Shown: positions 22,532-35,974 of the stretch, piece by piece
Position numbering within the stretch: the first letter of the stretch is position 1
Layout: every line of letters starts with the position of its first letter
From: Malacoraja senta
Taxonomy: Eukaryota
Length of the DNA: 64,000 nt
Direction: 5' to 3'
NCBI GenBank assembly: GCA_038087875.1
Contig: CM075995.1
Coordinates: 7,442,001-7,506,000, forward strand
Notes under the pieces: generated by a model
The model's input: the letters and a program-made list of their open reading frames with translations, nothing else
What the model was told of the DNA's origin: nothing
The model's database searches: none
Program-made: the position numbers and the translations under genes

Positions 22532-25500
22532 ACTAGGGGTTTAGCGGACTATTTCAGCGACAGGGTTTAGTGGCTGATCCTTACCGCAATTTATAATTCT
22601 TTCATGTAACATCTGTACATGGATTTATTTATATTTAGTATGAATGATAGCTGATTATCTATATTTTTCCCAGCTTCAAGATGTCTAATTCCGTTAGTCA
22701 AATATCTCCTGATGTTCCTGATTCAGTTTTACAAGCGTTGTCAGCGTGGCTCATTGAATCGTAATCAATAGTAGGACACCAGGACAACACGTCACGTATT
22801 GCTGTCACTGAAATAGTCCATCTGTTCTGAGAATTTCTGGCACACTAGACGTGTTTGTTGTAAGAATAGGGTGTCATTTTGCCAGTTCCCCCCATCCACT
22901 TCATCACCAGACTCACAGACAGTTTCCTCTCAGCTGTTATCAGACAACTGAATCGTCCTACCACATCCAGATAGCAGTGCTGAACTACTATCTACCTCTT
23001 TGGTGACCCTCGGGCTATCCTTGATTGGACTTTGCTGACTTTACCTTGCACTCCCCACCAGACTTGCTGAGAAGCTGCTGGAATTGGTGCTCAACACCCC
23101 CCTGTGTGCCTGGGTCCTGGACTTTCTCACCGCCAGGCCCCAGGTAGTCAAGATGGGAGGAAATACATCAAAGTCCCTCACGCTGAGCACAGGATCCCCC
23201 CAGGGTTGCCTCCTCAGCCCCCTACTGTACTCCCTGTACACACATGACTGTGTGGCAAGGTTCAGCTCCAACTCTATAATCAAGTTTGCTGATGACACTG
23301 TGGTGGGCCTGATCTCCGATAACGATGAGAAGGCCTACTGGGAGGAGGTGTCTGATCTGGCACTCTGGTGTCAGGACAACAGCCTCCTCTTGAATGTCAC
23401 AAAAAGTAAGGAGCTGATCGTGGACTTTACAGGGCACAACATCCGAGGACGTACACACCATTGAAGATAAATGGGGATACTGTGGATAGGGTGAGCTGGT
23501 TTAAATACCTGGGAGCAGCTGGTATTGTACAGGATGGAGCAGCTGGGCTTGTACACTCTGGAGTTTAGAAGGATGAGAGGGGATCTCATTGAAACATATA
23601 TGATTGTTAAGGGCTTGGACACGCTAGAGGCAGGAAACATGTTCCTGATGTTGGGGGAGTCCAGAACCAGGGGCCACAGTTTAAGAATAAGGAGTAAGCC
23701 ATTTAGAACAGAGACGAGGAACACTTTTTCTCACAGAGAGTGGTGAGTCTGTGGAATTCTCTGCCTCAGAGGGCGGTGGAGGCAGGTTCTCTGGATGCTT
23801 TCAAGAGAGAGCTTGATAGGGCTCTTAAAAATAGCGGAGTCAGGGGATATGGGGAGAAAGCAGGAACGGGGTACTGATTGGGGATGATCAGCCATGATCA
23901 CATTGAATGGCAGTGCTGGCTCCAAGGACCAAATGGCCTACTCCTGCACCAATTGTCTGTTGTCCATTGTCTATTGTCTATCTCAGAGGATCTGACATGG
24001 ACATCACACGCTGCCGCACTGGTGAGTAAGGCAAGGCAGTGCCTTGACCACCTCAGGCAATTGAGGAAATTCAGAGTGTCTCTGAGGATCCTCCAGTGCT
24101 TCTACTCAGCGGCTGTGGAAAGCATCTTGTCTGGAAATATTACAATTTGGTTTGGGAATTGCTCTGCCCAGGACAAGACGGCTCTGCAGAGAGTAGTGCG
24201 TTCGGCCGAACGCACTATGGGAACTACACTCGGCCCCCCTGCAGGAACTATACATCAGAAGGTGCAGATCCAGAGGCAACAAGATCATGGGGGACACCAG
24301 CAACGGACTGTTCCAGCTGCTACGGTCAGGCAAACGCCTCCGTTGCCATGCTGTGAAAACAGAGAGGATGAGAAGGAGTTTCTTCCCAGAGGCCATTCGG
24401 ACTGTAAACTCCTATCTCACCAGGGACTAACTTACTGAACCAGTTTACTGTTGTGTGGTATCTTTTTAAATTGCTGTTTCTTTTTTTTTCTCCCACAAAT
24501 ATGTAATATGTGATTCTGTTCCATTCTGTTTTGTAGTTTTTTTGCACAATCCGCGAACATTGCCACTTTTCATTTCACTGCACATCTCGTATGTGTATGT
24601 GACGAATAAACTTCACTTGACTAAACGTTACGGAGTGGCCAGGGTGCGACTCATCCTTGATTATGCTGTTGGCCTTGCCAAGGCAGCGTGAGGTATAAAT
24701 GGAGTCAATAGAAGGGAGGTTGGTTTATGTGGCGGGCTGGGCTGCGTCCACAATTCGCTGCAATTTCTTGCAGTCATGGATGGAGCTGTTCCCAAACCGT
24801 GCTGTGATGCATCCCGATAAAATGGTCTCCATTGTGCATCTGTAGAAGTTGGTGAGAGTTGTAGGGGACATGACAAATTTCATAAGCCTTCTAAGTAGCA
24901 ATAGGCTTGAGGTTTGGAAGCGTAGAACATGAAAGTGAACCGGTAATAAACGTAGAAAACTGTCAGAGCTTTCATAGGTACTCGAAGAGAAAAGATTACC
25001 AAGGGCCCCGTACAGGGGAATTGATCATTTGTTTTACGTTAGTATTAGTTTAGAGATACAGTCCTTTGGCCACACCAAATCGGTGCCGATCAGCTATTAC
25101 CCGTACACCAACACTATCATACACACTTGGGACAATTTACTCTTCTTACTGAAGCCAATTAACCTACAAACCTCCATGTCTTTGGAATTGGTTGGAGGAA
25201 ACTAGAGCACCTGGAGAAAACCCACGCAATCATAGGGAGAACGTACAAACACTGTACAGACAGCACCCGTAGTCAGGATCAAACTTGGGTCTTTGGTGCC
25301 GTAATGCAGCAAATCTACCGCTGCGCCTCTGTGCCACCCTCTTCTCCGCCATTCAATTATGGCTGATCTATCTTTCCCTCTTAACCCCATTCTCCCATAA
25401 CCCCTGACACCCGTACTAATCAAGAATCTGTCAATCTCTGCCGTAAAAATACCAATGACTTGGGCCTCCACAGCTGGCTGTGGCGATGAATTCCACAGAT

Positions 25501-27460
25501 TCATTACCCTCTGACCAAAGACATTCTTCCTCATCTCCTTTCTAAAGGTACGTCCTTTTATTCTCAGCCAATGCCCTCTGGTTTTAGACTCTCCCACCAG
25601 TGGATGATCCACATCCACTCTCCACATCCACTCGATCCAGACCTATCACTATTGGGCATGTTTCAATGAGGTTCCCCCTCACCCTTCTAAATGTTTGGAA
25701 GTTTACAACATGAAAATGAATTGGCAATAAACGTAGAAAGGTGTCAGAGCTTTCATAGGTACTCAAAGAGAAAAGATTAGCAAAGGCCCTGTACAGGGGA
25801 ATTGATGGGGATGAAAGAACTGGCAGAGGGATTAAACAAGTGCTTTGAGTCTGTCTTCATGAAGATATGTAAAACTTGCTGGACATATTAGATATTCAAG
25901 TGGGTAGCCAAGAACTACAGTACAAAAGGAACAAAAGAAGTTGATAAATCTTAAGGACCTGATGTTCTGTGCCGTAGTGTTTTGAAGCAGGCGTCTAAAG
26001 AGGTAATGGATGTTCCAGTTGTCTGAAGAAGGGCCTCAACCTGAAACTTCACCTTTTTCTTTTCTCCAGAGATGCTGACTGACCCGCTAAGTTACTCCAG
26101 CTTTTTATGCCTATCTTCAGTACAAACCAGCATCTGCAGTTCCGTCCTGCGCATGTCATCTTCCAGCATTCAATGAGTTCTGGAATTGTTCCTCTGGATT
26201 GCATGGTAGAAAACGCAACCTGCTATTTAACAAAGGAGTTTCATTTATTATTGTCACGTGTACCAAGGTACAGTGAAAAGCTTTTTGCTGCTTGCTATCC
26301 AGGTACAAGATAAAGGGAATAGACAATAGGTGCAGGAGTAGGCCAATTGGCCCTTCAAGCCAGCACCGCCATTCAATGTGATCATGGCTGATCATCCCCA
26401 ATCAGTACCCCGTTCCTGCCTTCTCCCCATATCCCCTGACTGCTATTTTTAAGAGCCCTATCTAGCTCTCTCTTGAAAGCATCCAGAGAACTGGCCTCCA
26501 CCACCCTCTGAGGCAGAGAATTCCACAGACTCACCACTCTCTGTGAGAAAAAGTGTTTCCTCGTTTAGCTTAGTTTATTGTCACATGTAGTGAGGTACAG
26601 TGAAAAGCTTTTTGTTGCTTGCTATCCAGGTACAAGATAAAGGGAATAAAGTTTAGCTTAGTTTATTGTCACATGTACCGAGGTACAGTGAAAAGCTTTT
26701 TAATGCATGCCATCCAGTCATCAACACGACTATACACGGTTACAATCAAGCCGTCCGCAGGGTATAGACACAGGATAAAGGGAATAACGTTTAATGCAAG
26801 ATAAAGATTAAAGAGAGTCTGAAGGTCTCCAGTGAGGTAGTTGGAATAGGAAATGATTGATCTGTTAGCTTGGTGACAATGGCGGGGAATTGTTGAATCT
26901 GTAATCAAGGATATTTGAACAAGACCATGAAAAGAATAATAGAAGTGAGCAGAGTTGGTATGGATTTATGAAAATAAATAATGTCTGACTAATCTGCAGG
27001 AGCTCTGAGGATGTAACTACTGAGAGGGAACCAGTGGATGCAATGTATTGGATATCACATGCTGGAGACAGACACATAGTGCTGGAGTAACTCAGCAGGT
27101 CAGGCAGCATCTCTTGAGGACAGGAACAGGTGACGTTTTGGGTTGAGACCCTCCTTCAGACTGAAAGTAGAGGGGAGGGAGCTGGAGTTGGGAAAATGCA
27201 AGCACAAAACAGGGCCGGCAACAGATGAGCGAGGACGGGTGGAGCCCACAATGGCCCCTTGTTGACTGGGGAAGAGGTGATAACGAAGTGATACAGGGAT
27301 GTGAACAGTGGAAGTACTGTAGGACGACTATAGAGGGATTGCAGGGGTTACTAGAAATTAGGGAAATCAACGTTCATAACACTGGGTCGTGAACTGCCCA
27401 AGCGAAATATGAGGCACTGTCCCTTCATTATCAATATTTAATCAAGCAAGCCAAACACAA
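22532..27460 (+). repeat. Segmental duplication, copy 1 (about 4.9 kb)
   Basis: Collinear and near-identical to 28519-33438, including all nested repeats and unique sequence. Confidence 0.95.
23053..24622 (+). mobile_element. Rex1/Babar LINE RT 3' part, interrupted by a CR1 3' fragment (about 23520-23980); duplicated at 29043-30610
   Basis: [21 protein letters not shown]...KFADDT, ESILSGNITIWFGNC and FFPEAIRTVN motifs; AATAAACTT tail. Confidence 0.9.
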
Positions 27461-28189
27461 GTATAAAACAGGTAGAGCAAAGAGAGGAAAAAATAGCAGA
27501 GTGCAGAATATAGTTTGAAACAAGGAACTACATGGATATTTTTTAAGCATAGATAGATTGTTAATTAGTCCTGGTGTCAGGGGTATGGGGAGAAGGCAGC
27601 AGAATGGGGTTAGGAGGGAGAGATAGATCAGCCATGATTGAATTGCGCAGTAGACTTGATGGGCCGAATGGCCTCTTTTTTTTTTTTTCTCCTATCATTT
27701 ATGACCTAAACATTATGATGGTTTACAAAAAAGTACTGGAGTAACTCAGACGAGGCAGCATCTCTGATGAAAATGGATAGGTGATGTTTCAGGTCGGGCG
27801 GGACTCTACTTCAGCAGGGCTCTCACTTAAATTTTTTTCTCTGTTACTAGCTGGGCAACCTAGGCAGCTTTTTAGGTTGCCAAATGACAGTTTCGGTGGT
27901 CATTTAAGACAGCTTGCATGACGCATGCGATAATGTGCTCGGACGAAGTGCGTAGTTATCAGTCGGAATTATGCTCAATGAAGCATTCACATATTATTTC
28001 TGCTTCAAATAAAGTCACAAACTAAACATATTCACCAATCAAGACATGATATATACCACAATGACATGCAGCAAAATTATAATACAGTATCTCAACTCTT
28101 TTTACACATTGCAATGAATGCAATTTCTATTATTTCTTTCCACTTCCAAACAAAAATGTGGTTGGATTATTCAGCGTATGATCAACCTC

Positions 28190-28518
28190 GGTGAGACCAA
28201 GTGCAGGCTTAGCGATCGCTTCGCACAACACCTCCACTCAGTTCGCAATAACCAACCTGATCTCCCAGTGGCCCAACACTTCAACTCCCCTTCCCATTGC
28301 GAATCCGACCTTTCTGTCCTGGGCCTCCTCCATGGCCAGAGTGAGGCCCACCGTAAATTGGAGGAGCAGCACCTCATATTTCACTTGGGCAGTTTTACCC
28401 AGCGGTATGAACATTGACTTCTTCAATTTCAGGTAATCCCTGCTTTCTTCTCCCCTTCCCAGCTCTCCCTCAGCCCACTGTCTCCGCCTCCTCCTTTCTT
28501 CTTCCCGTCTCCCCCCCC
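28190..28518 (+). mobile_element. Penelope-like element, GIY-YIG endonuclease C-terminal fragment
   Basis: GETKCRLSDRFAQHLHSV...LPVAQHFNSPSH...RKLEEQHLIFHLGS...GMNIDF. Confidence 0.9.
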
Positions 28519-31500
28519 ACTAGGGGTTTAGCGGACTATTTCAGCGACAGGGTTTAGTGGCTGATCCTTACCGCAATTTATAATTCTTTCATGTAACATC
28601 TGTACATGGATTTATTTATATTTAGTATGAATGATAGCTGATTATCTATATTTTTCCCAGCTTCAAGATGTCTAATTCCGTTAGTCAAATATCTCCTGAT
28701 GTTCCTGATTCAGTTTTACAAGCGTTGTCAGCGTGGCTCATTGAATCGTAATCAATAGTAGGACACCAGGACAACACGTCACGTATTGCTGTCACTGAAA
28801 TAGTCCATCTGTTCTGAGAATTTCTGGCACACTAGACGTGTTTGTTGTAAGAATAGGGTGTCATTTTGCCAGTTGTTCCCTCCATCCACTTCATCACCAG
28901 ATTCACAGACCGTTTCCTCTCAGCTGTTATCAGACAACTGAATCGTCCTACCACATCCAGATAGCAGTGCTGAACTACTATCTACCTCTTTGGTGACCCT
29001 CGGGCTATCCTTGATTGGACTTTGCTAGCTTTACCTTGCACTCCCCACCAGACTTGCTGAGAAGCTGCTGGAATTGGGGCTCAACACCCCCCTGTGTGCC
29101 TGGGTCCTGGACTTTCTCACCGCCAGGCCCCAGGTAGTCAAGATGGGAGGAAATACATCAAAGTCCCTCACGCTGAGCACAGGATCCCCCCAGGGTTGCC
29201 TCCTCAGCCCCCTACTGTACTCCCTGTGCACACATGACTGTGTGGCAAGGTTCAGCTCCAACTCTATAATCAAGTTTGCTGATGACACTGTGGTGGGCCT
29301 GATCTCCGATAACGATGAGAAGGCCTACCGGGAGGAGGTGTCTGATCTGGCACTCTGGTGTCAGGACAACAGCCTCCTCTTGAATGTCACAAAAAGTAAG
29401 GAGCTGATCGTGGACTTTACAGGGCACAACATCCGAGGACGTACACACCATTGAAGATAAATGGGGATACTGTGGATAGGGTGAGCAGCTTTAAATACCT
29501 GGGAGCAGCTGGTATTGTACAGGATGGAGCAGCTGGGCTTGTACACTCTGGAGTTTAGAAGGATGAGAGGGGATCTCATTGAAACATATAAGATTGTTAA
29601 GGGCTTGGACACGCTAGAGGCAGGAAACATGTTCCTGATGTTGGGGGAGTCCAGAACCAGGGGCCACAGTTTAAGAATAAGGAGTAAGCCATTTAGAACG
29701 GAGACGAGGAACACTTTTTCTCACAGAGAGTGGTGAGTCTGTGGAATTCTCTGCCTCAGAGGGCGGTGGAGGCAGGTTCTCTGGATGCCTTCAAGAGAGA
29801 GCTTGATAGGGCTCTTAAAAATAGCGGAATCAGGGGATATGGGGAGAAAGCAGGAACGGGGTACTAATTGGGGATGATCAGCCATGATCATCCAGCAGTG
29901 CTGGCTCCAAGGGCCAAATGGCCTACTCCTGCACCTATTGTCTGTTGTCCATTGTCTATTGTCTATCTCAGAGGATCTGACATGGACATCACACGCTGCC
30001 GCACTGGTGAGTAAGGCAAGGCAGTGCCTTGACCACCTCAGGCAATTGAGGAAATTCAGAGTGTCTCTGAGGATCCTCCAGTGCTTCTACTCAGCGGCTG
30101 TGGAAAGCATCTTGTCTGGAAATATTACAATCTGGTTTGGGAATTGCTCTGCCCAGGACAAGAAGGCTCTGCAGAGAGTAGTGTGTTCGGCCGAACGCAC
30201 TATGGGAACTACACTCGCCCCCCCTGCAGGAACTATACATCAGAAGGTGCAGATCCGGAGGCAACAAGATCATGGGGGACCCCTTCCACCCCAGCAACGG
30301 ACTGTTCCAGCTGCTACGGTCAGGCAAACGCCTCCGTTGCCATGCTGTGAGAACGCAGAGGATGAGAAGGAGTTTCTTCCCAGAGGCCATTCGGACTGTA
30401 AACTCCTATCTCACCAGGGACTAACTTACTGAACCATTCTACTGTTGTGTGGTATCTTTTTAAATTGCTGTTTCTTCTTTTTTTCTCCCACAAATATGTA
30501 ATATGTGATTCTGTTCCATTCTGTTTTGTAGTTTTTTTGCACAATCCGCGAACATTGCCACTTTTCATTTCACTGCACATCTCGTATGTGATGAATAAAC
30601 TTGACTTGACCAAACGTTACGGAGTGGCCAGGGTGCGACTCATCCTTGATTATGCTGTTGGCCTTGCCAAGGCAGCGTGAGGTATAAATGGAGTCAATAG
30701 AAGGGAGGTTGGTTTATGTGGCGGGCTGGGCTGCGTCCACAATTCGCTGCAATTTCTTGCGGTCTTGGATGGAGCTGTTCCCAAACCGTGCTGTGATGCA
30801 TCCCGATAAAATGGTCTCCATTGTGCATCTGTAGAAGTTGGTGAGAGTTGTAGGGGACATGACAAATTTCATAAGCCTTCTAAGTAGCAATAGGCTTGAG
30901 GTTTGGAAGCGTAGAACATGAAAGTGAACCGGTAATAAACGTAGAAAACTGTCAGAGCTTTCATAGGTACTCGAAGAGAAAAGATTACCAAGGGCCCCGT
31001 ACAGGGGAATTGATCATTTGTTTTACGTTAGTATTAGTTTAGAGATACAGTCCTTTGGCCACACCAAATCGGTGCCGATCAGCTATTACCCGTACACCAA
31101 CACTATCATACACACTTGGGACAATTTACTCTTCTTACCGAAGCCAATTAACCTACAAACCTCCATGTCTTTGGAATTGGTTGGAGGAAACTAGAGCACC
31201 TGGAGAAAACCCACGCAATCATAGGGAGAACGTACAAACACTGTACAGACAGCACCCGTAGTCAGGATCAAACTTGGGTCTTTGGTGCCGTAATGCAGCA
31301 AATCTACCGCTGCGCCTCTGTGCCACCCTCTTCTCCGCCATTCAATTATGGCTGATCTATCTTTCCCTCTTAACCCCATTCTCCCATAACCCCTGACACC
31401 CGTACTAATCAAGAATCTGTCAATCTCTGCCGTAAAAATACCAATGACTTGGGCCTCCACAGCTGGCTGTGGCGATGAATTCCACAGATTCATTACCCTC

Positions 31501-33438
31501 TGACCAAAGACATTCTTCCTCATCTCCTTTCTAAAGGTACGTCCTTTTATTCTCAGCCAATGCCCTCTGGTTTTAGACTCTCCCACCAGTGGATGATCCA
31601 CATCCACTCGATCCAGACCTATCACTATTGGGCATGTTTCAATGAGGTCCCCCCTCATCCTTCTAAATGTTTGGAAGTTTACAACATGAAAATGAATTGG
31701 CAATAAACGTAGAAAGGTGTCAGAGCTTTCATAGGTACTCAAAGAGAAAAGATTAGCAAAGGCCCTGTACAGGGGAATCGATGGGGATGAAAGAACTGGC
31801 AGAGGGATTAAACAAGTGCTTTGAGTCTGTCTTCATGAAGATATGTAAAACTTGCTGGATATATTAGATATTCAAGTGGGTAGCCAAGAACTACAGTACA
31901 AAAGGAACAAAAGAAGTTGATAAATCTTAAGGACCTGATGTTCTGTGCCTTAGTGTTTTGAAGCAGGCGTCTAAAGAGGTAATGGATGTTCCAGTTGTCT
32001 GAAGAAGGGCCTCAACCTGAAACGTCACCTTTTTCTTTTCTCCAGAGATCCTGACTGACCCGCTGAGTTACTCCAGCTTTTTATGCCTATCTTCAGTACA
32101 AACCAGCATCTGCAGTTCCGTCCTGCGCATGTCATCTTCCAGCATTCAATGAGTTCTGGAATTGTTCCTCTGGATTGCATGGTAGAAAACGCAACCTGCT
32201 ATTTAACAAAGTAGTTTCATTTATTATTGTCACGTGTACCAAGGTACAGTGAAAAGCTTTTTGCTGCTTGCTATCCAGGTACAAGATAAAGGGAATAGAC
32301 AATAGGTGCAGGAGTAGGCCAATTGGCCCTTTGAGCCAGCACCGCCATACAATGTGATCATGGCTGATCATCCCCAATCAGTACCCCGTTCCTGCCTTCT
32401 CCCCATATCCCCTGACTCTGCTATTTTTAAGAGCCCTATCTAGCTCTCTCTTGAAAGCATCCAGAGAACCGGCCTCCACCGCCCTCTGAGGCAGAGAATT
32501 CCACAGACTCACCACTCTCTGTGAGAAAAAGTGTTTCCTCGTTTAGCTTAGTTTATTGTCACATGTAGTGAGGTACAGTGAAAAGCTTTTTGTTGCTTGC
32601 TATCCAGGTACAAGATAAAGGGAATAAAGTTTAGCTTAGTTTATTGTCACATGTACCGAGGTACAGTGAAAAGCTTTTTAATGCATGCCATCCAGTCATC
32701 AACACGACTATACACGGTTACAATCAAGCCGTCCGCAGTGTATAGACACAGGATAAAGGGAATAACGTTTAATGCAAGATAAAGATTAAAGAGAGTCTGA
32801 AGGTCTCCAGTGAGGTAGTTGGAATAGGAAATGATTGATCTGTTAGCTTGGTGACAATGGCGGGGAATTGTTGAATCTGTAATCAAGGATATTTGAACAA
32901 GACCATGAAAAGAATAATAGAAGTGAGCAGAGTTGGTATGGATTTATGAAAATAAATAATGTCTGACTAATCTGCAGGAGCTCTGAAGATGTAACTACTG
33001 AAAGGGAAACTGTGGATGCAATGTATTGGATATCACATGCTGGAGACAGACACATAGTGCTGGAGTAACTCAGCAGGTCAGGCAGCATCTCTTGAGGACA
33101 GGAACAGGTGACGTTTTGGGTTGAGACCCTCCTTCAGACTGAAAGTAGAGGGGAGGGAGCTGGAGTTGGGAAAATGCAAGCACAAAACAGGGCCGGCAAC
33201 AGATGAGCGAGGACGGGTGGAGCCCACAATGGCCCCTTGTTGACTGGGGAAGAGGTGATAACGAAGTGATACAGGGATGTGAATAGTGGAACTACTGTAG
33301 GACGACTATAGCGGGATTGCAGGGGTTACTAGAAATTAGGGAAATCAACGTTCATAACACTGGGTCGTGAACTGCCCAAGCGAAATATGAGGCACTGTCC
33401 CTTCATTATCAATATTTAATCAAGCAAGCCAAACACAA
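28519..33438 (+). repeat. Segmental duplication, copy 2 (about 4.9 kb)
   Basis: Begins ACTAGGGGTTTAGCGG and ends CCAAACACAA like copy 1; differs by scattered substitutions and small indels in both directions. Confidence 0.95.
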
Positions 33439-35974
33439 CTCACCCACTCCCTACACAATTTTACAGAGACAAGATAACCTACAAAGCCAATGCGTCTTTA
33501 GGATGTGGGAGGAAACCCACACGCTTGCAGGGAGAATGTGCAAATTCAACACAGACAGTGCCCGAGGACAGGATCGAACACAGATCTCTGGTGTGTGAGG
33601 CAGCAAGTCCACCAGCTGTGCCACTATATTTTGTTTTCCAACACACAAAAGATTATACGTTGATAACTTTGGTTACTAAAAAAAATATACTATCCATTTT
33701 CAGTCTTAAATCTCTAAGTCACGCTATGTCCCCCTTTACAGCTACTGTATGTTTTAATTCAGTTCAAGACTATGGGCCAGTACATTGGACATAAAGTTGC
33801 TGCCTAAAAGTGCCAGAGACCCGGAATTGATCCTGAATATGGGTGCTGTCTGTATGGTTTGCTCCTTTTCCCTTTGATTGCATGGGTGCTCTTGTTTCCA
33901 TCCACATCCAAGGTGTGCAGGAACCTTTTTCAGACCCAACCCAAAACGTAATAGTTTCCTTTTGTCCAGAGATTCCTGACCTGTTGAGTTACTGCAGCTT
34001 TTTGTGTCAATCTTCCGTTTAAACCAGCATCTGCAGTTCCTTCCTAAACACACGATACTATACGATAGAACTTTATTAATCCCATAACTATGTTAATGTT
34101 TTCTCATTTATAACGTTGTTTCCAGAGTACTATGTTTACATATTCTGTTGTGCTGCTGCAAGTAAGGATTTCATTGTTCTAACTGGGACGTGAGAATAAA
34201 ACACTCTTGACTTACGTCACTAATGTGTGGGATAGAACTAGTGTACGGGTGATCGGTGGTCGGCGTGGACTCGGTGGGCCGAAGGGCCTGTTTCCGCCCC
34301 GTATCTTTAAATTAAACTAAAAACATTAAAACCAGAGGGAGTCTAAAGAAGGGTCTCCACCTGAAACGTCACCCAATTTCTTCTATTCAGAGATGCTGGC
34401 TGCTCCATGGAGTTCCCCCGCACAGTTAAAGCATGGAATAGTCTTCACCCTACCATAGTTACCCAACCAGACGCAACTAAATTTAAGATAGCTCTTTTTT
34501 CCCCCAAGAACCCTTGTTTGCTTAAGTCCACCCTCCACCACCTCCAGTTTAAATTCCATTTGGAATATTTTTGGAGGACCAGGAAACCAAGAAGCAAGAG
34601 TTACTCCAGGGAGTTGCTCCAGGGAGTGACTCTGAGTTGGGTTTCAGCGGTCGCGGCGAGGCGGCGACCGGACAGCAATGGCGGCCATATCACCCACAAT
34701 GCAACGGGAGGGAGAAAGTGCCCGGCGCCGACCAGTGGCCTTGGCAGTGTGCATATGCAGGTTGGCCATTGATGTGCTGGCCGTGGCTGTGCGTATGTGC
34801 AAGGCGGCCGGCTGTGCCGGCAGATGAGGAGCGGTCGGAGAGCAGAGACCCGACGGCTCGGATACGGATGGCGGGCGGAGACGGAGAGTGACAGAGAGAG
34901 AGAGATAGAGAGGTGGGCCAAGCCGGGCAAAATGACACGGCTTTTAGGTTGCCCGGCGAAACTTTAGGTGGCCCTGTGCAGGCATTGTAGAGGGGTGGAG
35001 GAAGAAAGCTGGAAGTGAGGCCAGGGCAGGGCAAAGCCTTGGTGGATCGAGATGAGGAGGTCTTTTGGTAGGCGCAAGGTTGCACAAAGGCCAGAGATGA
35101 AAAGACAGAAGGTTTGTGACAAAAGGATTGCACAGTTGTAAAAAGTGAAGCCAGAGGTAGGAATGTAGGTGGAATAGAGCTTCTGTCTGTTCATCTCTGA
35201 CAATTGTTCAACCACCTGCCTATCAAAGCCCCTGATAGACACAACAAGCTGGAGTATCTCAGTGGGTCAGACAGCATTTCTGGAGAAAAGGAATAGGTGA
35301 CGTTTTGGGTCGAGACCCTTCTGAATCACCGGTATTAACATATTTATCACTGGCCAGGCTTTGTCCTGCTTCTCCTTTCTTCCTCCTCCACCACACACAC
35401 ACGCAGTCGGAAACATCATCTATCCATATTTTCCAGAGAGGCTGCCTGACCTGCTACTCCAGCACTCAGTGTCGTTTTTTTGTTGTTGCAGAATATAGTT
35501 CTTCAACATTCCAGAGGAAAAAGTCCAATGTCTGCAATGAGGTAGTTTGATAAAATTATAGACAATAGACAATAGGTGCAGGTGTAGGCCATTCGGTCCT
35601 TCGAGCCAGCACCACCATTCAATGTGATCATCGCTGATCATCCCCAATCTGTACCCCGTTCTTGCCTTCTCCCCATATCCCCCTGACTCCGCTATCTTTA
35701 AGAGCCCTATCTAGCTCTCTCTTGGAAAATATCCAGAGAACCGGCCTCCACCGCCCTCTGAGGCAGAGAATTCCACCGACTCGCAACTCTCTGTGTGAAA
35801 AAGTGTTTCCTCATCTCCGTTCTAAATGGCTTACCCCTTATTAGCGGAGTCAGGGGAAATGGGGAGAAGGCAGGAACGGGGTACTGATTGGGGATGGTCA
35901 GCCATGATCACATTGAATGGCGGTGCTGGATCGAAGGCCGAATGGCCTACTCCTGCACCTATTGTCTATTGTCT

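Larger units (their letters stand above)
27815..34976. mobile_element. Putative composite hAT-like element enclosing Penelope, duplicated host DNA and SINE/LINE fragments
   Basis: Ends CAGGGC...GCCCTG with shared subterminal GGGCAA and TTTTAGGTTGCC motifs. The two flanks join into one Penelope-derived repeat. TIR is only 6 bp and there is no clean 8-bp TSD. Confidence 0.55.

Noticed and set aside
22674..22860. Strong acceptor-like ATATTTTTCCCAG with downstream GTAAGA (duplicated near 28661)
   Set aside because: Stops occur in all three frames and there is no recognisable protein. A non-coding exon cannot be excluded.
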